DNA of 64,000 nt from the human T2T-CHM13v2.0 reference genome, Homo sapiens, in the NCBI RefSeq assembly GCF_009914755.1, contig NC_060943.1; one strand, given 5' to 3'. Below are positions 31,951 to 43,402 of the stretch, piece by piece. The stretch's first letter is position 1. The number at the start of each line of letters is the position of its first letter. Below the pieces are notes generated by a model. That model ran no database searches and was not told where the DNA came from. It saw only the letters and a program-made list of their open reading frames with translations. Position numbers and translations under genes: made by a program.

Positions 31951-32499
31951 AGGGAAAGAAAGATACAAAGACAGGGACAGACAAACAGAAATGTAATGAG
32001 AAAGCAGAGAAAGATGAAGGAGACAGCATGGGAAAGCCAGTTGTGAACACCCGATGGCAGGCATTTAAATGATTTGGTAGCTCTGCCAAGCCTGTAGCTT
32101 CAAAGAAAAGGAAAAAGTGTCTCGGTTCATTCCTAGAGTACAGAAGACAGATCAGACAGAGGCAAAGAGAGACAAACAGATGTCCAGAAAACAGACACAG
32201 GCAGTTGGCTCAGGATAGAGAGTTGGAGGCCAGCCGTCCCTGGCATAGGCCCACCGTGGGTTAAAGTCCTCACACCCCGACTGGGATCCCAGAGGGCTGG
32301 GGCCAGCAGTGACGTTCCGAAATCTTGTCCAGGACGGGGACCGGCTGCAAACCCTCTCAGCCCTGCACATAAAAGCCAGCATGGTCCGTCGAGGCACTGT
32401 TGCCCAGGTGGAGACTGCTCCGGACGCCCCCCAGGGGACAGTGGCCGGCAGCACCTGCTGCAGCACGAGGCACAGAGGGTGCACTGCAGGGAGAAGTGA

Positions 32500-34170
32500 G
32501 GGCAGAGGCCAAGGCGAGGAGGGGGCCGGCTCCCGCTCTCTCTCCCTCTGTGTGTGCTGCGCCTCCCCTGTGAGCCTAACCCAAGGCAGGGGACTGGACG
32601 CGTGGGACCCTCTCTTTGGCCTCCCTGACGTCCCTCAGGAGCAGAGATGCGACCGAGTGTGTGGGCCGCGGTGGCCGCGGGACTGTGGGTCGTGTGCACG
32701 GTGGGCGCGGCGATCCGCCAGCGCTGCCTGCTCTCGCACTACCGCTCGCTGGAGCCCCGGACGCTGGCGGCGGTCAAGGCGCTGAGGAACCGCTAAGTGA
32801 GTGACCGCCCAGCCCTTGCGCCCCCCGGTACACTGGCCCCGCCGGGTTCCCACACACCCGTCGCTGACCCGAGGGGTCCTGCGTCCTAGCGCCCAGCAGG
32901 CGCCTCTTGTACGTCAGAGCCCACAGTTCCCACCACGAGATCCCCGCAGTCCCCGTCGTCAGCGCGAACGCAGGCTCAGGGTCAGTCACAAAAGGAGCCC
33001 TGCAGGGCGGACTCGGCTCCAGGTCGCGGGCGCAGGGCTATGCCGGGGGAGAGCGGGATGCAATTCAACCCTGGTTCACGCCTTCGGGGAGCTCCCTGGT
33101 TCAGTACACGACAGGCACGACCGTACGCTGCCAGTACCCATCCACGTCCAGGAATCCCAGACTGTGCAGAGGTTAGGGGCCCTGGCGAGGGGGCCCAGTC
33201 GTATGCGATAAGCGCCGCTTGTCCCGCAGGCGGAAGAGGCGCTGAGTTGGAGGTCGCGCAACTGCTCCGTCCGCCCCAGGAGGGATCCTCCGCGGCCATC
33301 GGTGAGGCCCAGAAGCGGACGGGAGAGGCATGGCCTGGGCGCTGCCCCCTCTAACGCCCTCTAGTCCCCGCAGTCCTGCGCTCGGCTCCGCCACGTGGCC
33401 AGGAGCATCGCGAACGCCCAGGCAGTGCTCAGCGGCCTGCACCGCCTGGAGCTGCTTCCCGGCGCCAGCCGGATCCTGGAGCCCCTGGCAGCCGCGGGGA
33501 GGGACGTGGCGGCCTGCGTGAGTGACGGCCGCGCCCCGCCGCCCCTCGCCCCCGCCAGCTTCTCTGCATCCTCAGGCCCATGGCGAGCCCCAGCGCTTTG
33601 CCAATCTGTCCTGCTTAGCGGAAAAACCGATCCAGACCCAGGTCGGGTCCTCTGGGTGTCCTCAAATCCGGGCTCGGGTCTGCGGCTGGGAGGGCCTCGG
33701 GCAGATGCAGAGAGGGGCTCCGTCCTTCGCCTTTTCCATTTGCCTCGCGTCCCACCTCCAGCTGGCACGGCCAGGCTCCTCCAGGAAGGTCCCCGGGGCC
33801 CAGAGGAGGCGTCACAAACCGCGGAGAGCTGTGAGTGCAGCAGGCAGTACAGGGTTAGCCTGCACGGAGGACCGAGTGAGGTTGACACGGACAGCACTGA
33901 GGCTGGGAGCGGCGGGATTGGAGAGGTCTTCTCGGGAGGGAAGAGCCTGGCTTAGCCCCGCTGCCCTCCCTCCCTGGCTCCAGGACTCCCCTCGGTGTCG
34001 CGAAGCCAGCGTGATCTTCAACCTCCTGCGCCTGCTCACGTGGGAGCTCCGGCTGGCTGCACACTCAGGGCCTTGCCTCTGACCCCGCCCCCTCCGGCAG
34101 CACGGAAACCTCCACGCCATTGGCTGCCGAAAGAGGTCCCTGTCGCCCATTGGGCCGGCCAGGCGAGGAT
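32500..34170. other. CpG island over IFNL4P1
   Basis: GC- and CpG-dense, mirrors IFNL4. Confidence 0.75.
32647..34082 (+). pseudogene. IFNL4P1: IFNL4 paralogue pseudogene. Exons 32647-32796, 33230-33301, 33374-33517, 33762-33830, 33984-34082, with TAA at codon 50 (32794-32796)
   Basis: MRPSVWAAVAAGLWVVCTVGAAIRQRCLLSHYRSLEPRTLAAVKALRNR*, followed by exons colinear with IFNL4 and intact GT-AG sites. Inverted copy of IFNL4. Confidence 0.95.
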
Positions 34171-35436
34171 CTCAGCCAGTGGGTGCTGAGGCACGAGAAC
34201 TTCTTCGCAGCCTTGGGCCTGACTTGGATCCACTGTCTCAGATATAAGAGGAGCGGGTCCTTCTACAGGGAAGAGACCACAGTTCTCCAGGAAGCCACGA
34301 TATTTCCTCGGGGTGCATTGTACGACCCTCCAACGGTTGCTATGGCAGGAAAAAACTTGAGCTCTGGAAACCGTGGCTGACCCCAGGCAACAGGGACCAG
34401 TTCCTCCTTGTGTGGTTACCAGGACACCCCCAACACCAGGTCCTAACCCCGGATTTGTAGCCCCACAGCCAGCTTTGAGATTCTGTGAATCCGTGACTCT
34501 TGGATCCGGCATCTAAGGGACACCAATCCATGAGGGATTTGGTAGTGAAAGGCCCAAGGGTCCTTAACCGACTGTGGTTCTTTGGATTCCCTTACGTGTG
34601 TTTGTATTTGTGAAGTTCCTGTGCATTTGCTATTCTGTCTCCCGGTTTAAATTTATTGCCAGTTATCAAAGAGTGTTTTGATCGCATTGGTTGTTTTCCG
34701 TATGATGATTGTGAGGTGCACCTTACAGCAAAAAAAGAGGCCGAGCCAGGGACTCAGGTGGCCTGAGGTTCAGTTCTGACCCTGCCAGTTAATTACAGTG
34801 GAATTCAGGGCAAATTACTTTTCTGAGCCTCTGTTTCCTCACCTATAGGATGGGTTAGCATACTTGCCTTGTGGAGGAGTAGTGTCCGTTGAGATCACGT
34901 TTTAAACTCTCCAACTGAGGTCCTAGTATGGTCTTAATGAGTGGATTCTATTAAATAATCACTCACATAAATACACAAACAATTGTGTTATTAATTTTTT
35001 CTCCAAATCTGTGCATTAGCAATCTGCGTTGCTGAATGCACCCCTCCTTGCCAAGGTCACACGGCTAGTGAGGGTCAGAACCAGGTTTGAACCCCAGACC
35101 CTTCATCTCCAAGACCCATGCTCTTCACCACTGCCTGAACTTCCCTAAGAAAGACGGCACCCACGTGGTGTCCTTCAAGTCCTTCGTCACACCTCAGTTC
35201 TTGAGCAGAGCCTCATATTCCTGAGTCCTTCCTTGCCTGGGCAATTAAGAAATATTGGCCTTGGCTGGGCTCAGAGGCTCATGCCTGTAATCCCAGCACT
35301 TTGGGAGGACGAGGAAGGTGGATCATGAGGTCAGGAGTTCAAGACTAGCCTGGCCAGCATGGTGAAACCCTGTCTCTACTAAAAATACAGAAATTAGCTG
35401 GGCATGGTGGCACATGCCTGTAATCCAAGCTACTCA

Positions 35437-35636
<200 letters not shown>

Positions 35637-36482
35637 TGCCTCTGGCCGGGCGCGGTGGCTCACGCCTATAATCCCAGAACTTTGGGAGGCCGAAGAAGGC
35701 AGATCACGAGGTCAGGAGTTCAAGACCAACCTGGCCAATATGGCAAAACCCCGTCTCTACTAAAAATACAAAAATTAGTTGGGCGTGGTGGTGCATGCCT
35801 ATAGTCCTTTCTACTCGGGAGGCTGAAGCAGAAGAATCCCTTGAACCAAGGAGGTGGAGGTTGCAGTGAGTCGAGATCACGCTGCTGCACTCCAGCCTGG
35901 GCTACAGAGCAAGACTCCATCTCAAAAAAAAAAGAAAAAAGAAAGAAAGAAAGAAATCATGGCCTCTGGGCACAGTGGCTCATGCCTGCAACCCCAGCAA
36001 TTTGGGAGGCCAAGACAGACAGATCACTTGACGTCAAGAGTTCGAGACCAGCCTGGCCAATTGGTGAACTGTCATCTCTACTAAAACCATAAAAATTAGC
36101 TGGGAATGGTGGCACAAATCTGTAATCTCAGCTACTTGGGAGGCTAAGGCAAGAGAATCGCTTGAACCCAGGAGGTGGAGGTTGCAGTTAGTCAAGATTT
36201 TGCACTGCACTCCAGCCTGGGTGACCGAACAAGACCCTGTCTCAAAATATATATATATATATATATGCCAGGAGGGGTGGCTCAGGCCTGTAATCTCAGC
36301 ACTTTAATAGGCTGGGTGAGGAGGATGGCTTGAGCCCAGGAGTTTGAGGCTGCAGTGAGCTGTGATCATGCCATTGCACTCCAGTGACAGAGTGAGACCC
36401 TGTCTTAAACAACAACAAAACCAGAGCAGGTGGAATCCTCCTGGGAACATACCTTCCTGTAGGTTACCCCTGAGTCTCCATC

Positions 36483-36640
36483 AGTTTCTCTTTCCCTCCA
36501 GCTGCTCATCTGGCTCACTAGCCCTGCCCTGCTCTGGGCTTTCCCAGCCTGGGGCTCCCCTGGTGGCCGGTGTCTTACCTGAGGCTGTGTTTTCACTTTT
36601 CCTACATCAGCTGGGACTGCCCTTCTGTCAGGGATAAAAG
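36483..36640 (+). promoter_or_regulatory. IFNL2 promoter, an essentially identical inverted copy of the IFNL3 promoter (ISRE-like, kB-like, IRF element, GATAAAAG)
   Basis: agtttctctttcc, gggctttccc, ttttcacttttc and gataaaag in the same spacing as at IFNL3. Confidence 0.75.
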
Positions 36641-36833
36641 CTGCCCCATGGAGCTCAGGCAGGAATTACATCCCAGACAGAGCTCAAAACTGACAGAAAG
36701 AGTCAAAGCCAGGACACAGTCTGAGATCCAGAAGAGGGGACTGAAAAGAACAGAGACTCCAGACAAGACCCAAACAGACCCTGGGTGACAGCCTCAGAGT
36801 GTTTCTTCTGCTGACAAAGACCAGAGATCAGGA

Positions 36834-38278
36834 ATGAAACTAGGTGAGTCCCACATCTCTGTCCGTGCTCAGCTCCTGCAGCCCCTGCCCTCAGTGGGCA
36901 GCCTCTCCATCCCCTCAGCTCCCTTTCTCTCTGTGACACAGACATGACTGGGGACTGCACGCCAGTGCTGGTGCTGATGGCCGCAGTGCTGACCGTGACT
37001 GGAGCAGTTCCTGTCGCCAGGCTCCACGGGGCTCTCCCGGATGCAAGGGGCTGCCACATAGCCCAGTTCAAGTCCCTGTCTCCACAGGAGCTGCAGGCCT
37101 TTAAGAGGGCCAAAGATGCCTTAGTGAGTCTCCCCCTGCCCTCCTGCCATGGACTAGCCTCCACCCCCACTCCAAGCGTCACCATGCTTTCCCACTCCCA
37201 GCTTCCTTCACTGGGCTAGCCTCCACCCTCCCTGCAGTGGGCTATCTCATGCTCCTACTGTAGGGACTGACTCATGTTTTCCTGTAGAAGAGGGTCCTCT
37301 ACCATCCTCCCAGCAGTTAACCTCCCCTATCCTGTTGTCAGCCATCCTCCAATCCCACCAGGATGGTCTAACCTCCACCCCTCCTGCTGGGGCTAACCTG
37401 TGCCTTTGCTGTCTAGGAAGAGTCGCTTCTGCTGAAGGACTGCAGGTGCCACTCCCGCCTCTTCCCCAGGACCTGGGACCTGAGGCAGCTGCAGGTGAGA
37501 GGGGGAGTCAGGCCCACCCCTGCTCTCCCAGCCCCACTCACCTGGCTCTGTAGTGGCCCCTTCACCGTCTCTTTCTCCCTTGTCTCTCTCTCTTCTCCTC
37601 ACACCTGCTCTCCCTTCCCTCCGCTCCCACCTGACCACACTGGCTGTGCCCTCTCCCCTGTGCCTGTCACCTTCACTTGTTCCTCTCTATCCTCCTCCCC
37701 AACCTGTTCCCCTCACCTCCCCCCTCACCTGCTCTTTCTCACCTCTCCTCAGGTGAGGGAGCGCCCCATGGCTTTGGAGGCTGAGCTGGCCCTGACGCTG
37801 AAGGTTCTGGAGGCCGCCGCTGACACTGACCCAGCCCTGGTGGACGTCTTGGACCAGCCCCTTCACACCCTGCACCATATCCTCTCCCAGTTCCGGGCCT
37901 GTGTGAGTCGTTGGGGCCTGGGCACCCAGGTCTGTGAGCTCTGAGCAGCGTCCTTCCCCTGGCCAAGGCCCCGGCTCACACACCGCCCTCCTCTGCCCAC
38001 AGATCCAGCCTCAGCCCACGGCAGGGCCCAGGACCCGGGGCCGCCTCCACCATTGGCTGCACCGGCTCCAGGAGGCCCCAAAAAAGGTGAGTGACCCGGG
38101 AAGAGAGGGACTGAGGTCTGGGGAGCCACTGGGAGCCCAGAACCCAGACAGCCCCTGACCCATCCCCTCCTCCCTACAGGAGTCCCCTGGCTGCCTCGAG
38201 GCCTCTGTCACCTTCAACCTCTTCCGCCTCCTCACGCGAGACCTGAATTGTGTTGCCAGTGGGGACCTGTGTGTCTGA
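36834..38278 (+). CDS. IFNL2: Interferon lambda-2 (IL-28A), 200 aa. Coding exons 36834-36843, 36942-37123, 37417-37494, 37753-37902, 38003-38086, 38180-38278
   Basis: MKLDMTGDCTPVLV...ARLHGALP...KDCRCHSRL...ERPMAL...ALVDVL...SQFRAC...GDLCV*. CDS is 603 nt with GT-AG introns and IFNL2-diagnostic residues. Confidence 0.98.
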
Positions 38279-38439
38279 CCCTCCCACCAGTCATGCAACC
38301 TGAGATTTTATTTATAAATTAGCCACTTGTCTTAATTTATTGCCACCCAGTCGCTATTTATGTATTTGTGTGTGTAAATCCAACTCACCTCCAGGAAAAT
38401 GTTTATTTTTCTACTTTTTATAACCCTTGTTGAAATAAA
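38279..38439 (+). promoter_or_regulatory. IFNL2 3'UTR with AU-rich elements and AATAAA (38434-38439)
   Basis: ATTTA pentamers near 38310, 38335 and 38356, plus a canonical poly(A) signal. Confidence 0.85.
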
Positions 38440-38482
38440 CAAAGGAAAAGACACTCATGACGTTGGACTGTGTGTCTGTTGG

Positions 38483-39476
38483 TGTGTATTTCCTTTGTGT
38501 TGCTGCCATAACAACGCTAAAAGTAGCATCTTCCAAAGACACACTTGATGAGCTGGGAGTCTGCAGGTCAGAGGCTCGCTGGCCCTGGCTGGTTTCTCTC
38601 CTGTGGGACTCACAGGCTAGAATCCAAGCATTGCTGCTGGGCTCTTACTGGGAGCTGTGAAGAGAAACTCTTTCCAGGGTCAGTCACATTGTTGGCAGAT
38701 CACTGTTCCTTGCTGCTGTAGGACTAAGGTTCCTGCCCCCTCCTGGCTATGGGTCCATCCTGAGCTGACTCTGCTGAAGGGTTCTCCACTCCTCTCACTA
38801 AGCTAACCTCTACCCTCCCTGCAGTGGGCTATCTCATGCTCCTACTATAGGGGCTGATTCATGTCCTCCTGCAGTGGAGGGTCCTGTAACATCCTCCCGG
38901 GAGTTAACCTCCACTATCCTGTTGTCAGCCATCCTCTAATCTCACTGGAGTGGTCTAACCTCCACCCCTTCTACTGGGGGCTAACCTGTGCCCTTGCTCT
39001 CTAGGAAGAGTCGCTCCTGGGGATGGATGGCAGGTGCCGCTCCCGCTTCTTCCCCAGGACCTGAGATCTGAGGCATAATACATAACGTATTCTATCCCTC
39101 ATGACAGTGGAAGACAGAATAATTTCACTGCCCTGAAAATTCACTGTCCTTCCCCATTCATGCTTATCTGGCTGTCTGTGGTCCCTACTAATAGGCCCTT
39201 CCAACTCAGAGCCAGGAACAGTGCTTCAAACCTTTCTCATGCTTGGAACCTCTCTGACCTCTCCTGCCATGTTGCTCTTGTACTTCCAGCTAGAGAAAGT
39301 CTTCCACGTTTCAGGGCTCAGGTGGTTAGTTTGGCATCCAGGGTGATCTCCCCATTGTCAATCCACATGCCATAATCGCATCTGCAAAGCTCCTTTGCCG
39401 AGTAACATAAGATACGCACAGGGTCCAGGGATGCGGTGCTGGGTGACTTTGGGGTGGCATCTTCGGCCTCCTACAG
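38483..39476 (-). mobile_element. Old MaLR (MLT1-like) LTR interrupted by the orphan IFNL fragment
   Basis: Left end tgtgtatttcc...tgctgccataacaa and right end gagtaacata...gggtccagggat...cctcctaca resemble MLT1 termini. Confidence 0.55.
38790..39076 (+). pseudogene. Orphan IFNL intron plus coding-exon fragment (EESLLGMDGRCRSRFFPRT*DLR)
   Basis: Colinear with IFNL2 ~37210-37487. Acceptor CTAG ends at 39004, exon starts at 39005, in-frame TGA at 39062-39064, no downstream donor. Confidence 0.88.
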
Positions 39477-41362
39477 TGTGTGTATGATTGTGCTTCTGAT
39501 TGTGCGTCATTGTAGTTATGGGATTGTGTGTGTGCCTGGTCTACCTGAGAGTGTATGAGGGATCATTTAGAATGCATTGTGCTATAAGTAAAGTAACAGA
39601 AGCTAGAAATGCCTTGGTAATAAGAACTTTCATCAGCATCCATGGTGAGACATCTAGAACAGCAGGTTCATTGAGGGCTGTGCTATCCACTGGAGTCCGC
39701 GGGCCACATGTCACTATCGAGCACCTGGAATATAGGTGGTGCAACCTCATTTTTTCAGTGAGTGTAAAACATATCCCAGAATTTGAAGATTTACTGTGGG
39801 AAAAAAATAATGTAAAACAGCTCGATTATAATTTACATATTCATTAGATGTTGAAATGATAGCACTTTGGATGTATTGGGTGAAATGAAGCATCTTTAAA
39901 ATTAATTTAGAGCCTGGATGTGATTGCTCAAGCCTGTAATCACAGCACTTTGGGTGGCTGAGTTGGGAGGATCACTTGAGCCCAGACTAGCCTGGGCAAC
40001 ATAGCAAGATCCTGTCTCTATAAAAAATTAGAGAATTGGCTGGGTGTGGTGGCACAAGCCCATAATCCCAGCTACTGGCGGAAGCTGAGATGGGAGGACT
40101 GCTTGAGGTCAGGAGTTCACGACCAGCCTGAGCAACAGCAAGATCCTGTCTCTTGCGTGATCACATCTCACTGTAGCCTCAAACTCCTGGGCTCAAGTGA
40201 TTCTCTCTCCTCGGCACCATCCTCCACCCTCTCCAGCCCCTCCCCGAACTGGGATTACAGGCTTGAGTCACCGGGTCCAGCCCATTCTCTTTCCAAGAAG
40301 CCCCTGAATTGTATAAGCAAGCATGAGGTCTCACTAACCCTGGATCGGCCCCCACAAATGAGGGGGACAACTTGGATCAGGGACCCCTGCTGAGTAGAGT
40401 TGGCTGAGCTGCTGGAACAAAGAGTCCCCCAAATACAGTGATCATGAATTACAAACCACAGAGTGTCATTCTCCACCAGCTCCTCCTCCCAAGGTGAGCG
40501 CTCCCCCTGGCAGGATGGCCCCACTCAGTCATCCAGGGGCCCTAGTTCCTGGCAGTTCTGTGCTCCACAGTCCCCGGGACAGGGCTCCCTCATCATCTTC
40601 ACCCACCGGACCTCACGGCAGCCTTGAAAAGCCTACGGACCCTTCTCAGAAGGAAAGAACACGTGCAGGACAAAGGAATCCAACTCTGATTGTAATACAG
40701 TGATCAAAATATTTTTTCACACTGTGACATAGCAATTCATGTGCTTCTTCATGAATGCATTAAGTAAAAAATCACCTGTGGCAGCTTTAATAACCACTGT
40801 GACTTAGAAGCAGAGATGAGCATAAATGATATTTCAAGGTGCCTGCTGGAAGATAACGTGATAGGAAATGCCTGTGATTTCTTTTGGTAACAAAGTCACA
40901 AGTTCTGCTAACACTGTTGTGGTGTGTTGCTGCATTTGTAATGGATTCGTGCTAGATGCAAGACTGGTCCCCAGAGATGTTCCTGATTCCTGGACCTGGG
41001 AATATGTTATGTTCCATGGCACGAGGGACTCTGCAGATGTGAGTAAGTTAAGGGTTTGGGATGGGGGCGTTATCCTGGGTTGTCCACCTGGACCCAATGT
41101 CATCACGAAAGTCCTTCTAAGAAGGAGGCCGGGGTCAGCATCATTAGCGGAAGATGTAACCACAGAAGCAGGATGTTGGAGTGATGTCAGGAAGGGAACC
41201 GGGGTCAAGGGATGCTGGACACCCCCAGAGGCTGAGAAAGGAGAGAGATCTCCCCTGCTGCTTCCAGAAGGAACCCGCTCTGCTGACGCCTGAAGCCTCA
41301 CGAGTGGGATAGAAAACACCAGTAGAAGAACCAGCTGACCACCTGAGAATCTTGAGAAATTA

Positions 41363-41982
<620 letters not shown>

Positions 41983-42769
41983 TTAGCCAGGGGTGGTGGT
42001 GCACGCCTGTAGTCCCAGCTGCTCAAGAGGCCGAGGCAAGAGGATCACTTGAGTCCAGGAGTTTCAGGCCACAGTGAGCTATGATCCTGCCTCTGACTCC
42101 AGCCTGGGCAACAGAATGAAATCCTGACTCTAAAACAAACAAAATACTAATGTATGCTACAACATAGGTGAACCGTGAAAACTCTGTGCTTGACCTCTGA
42201 TTTGGGGGTAGAAAAAAAGAGCAAGAAAGGCCAGGCGTGGTGACTCACGTCTGTAATCCCAGCACTTTGGAAGGCCGAAGTGGGTGGATCACCTGAGGTC
42301 AGGAGTTCGAGACCAGCCTAGACAACATGGTGAAATCCCATCTTACTAAAAATACAAAAATTAGCCAGATGTGGTGACTCATGCCTGTAATCCCAGCTAC
42401 TCAGGAGGCTGAGGCAGGAGAATCACTGGAACCCAGGTGGCGGAGGCTGCAGTGAACTGAGATTGCACCAGTGCACTCCAGTCTGGGTGACAGGGCAAGA
42501 CTCCATCTCAAAAAAAAAAAAAAAAAAAAAAGCAATGAAATAAGTAAATAAATAAAAGAAAAAGAAAACACTATCCTGAGTGAAAGAAGCCAGGCACAAA
42601 AGACCACACATTATATGATTCAATTTATATGAACTATTCAGAATAGGTAAATTTGTAGAAGAAATTCACAGAAAGCTGGCCAGGCACAGTGGCTCACACC
42701 TATAATCCCAGCACTTTGGGAGGCCGAGACCGTCAGATCATTTGAGGCCAGAAGTTCAAGACCAGCCTA

Positions 42770-43402
<633 letters not shown>

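Noticed and set aside
32791-32802. Rescue of IFNL4P1 by stop read-through or an alternative donor
   Set aside because: TAA-G is a poor read-through context, and no convincing in-frame GT donor was seen just upstream of the stop
33395-34082. Two 186-aa ORFs at IFNL4P1
   Set aside because: GC-rich read-through of exons plus introns, without a native ATG or signal peptide
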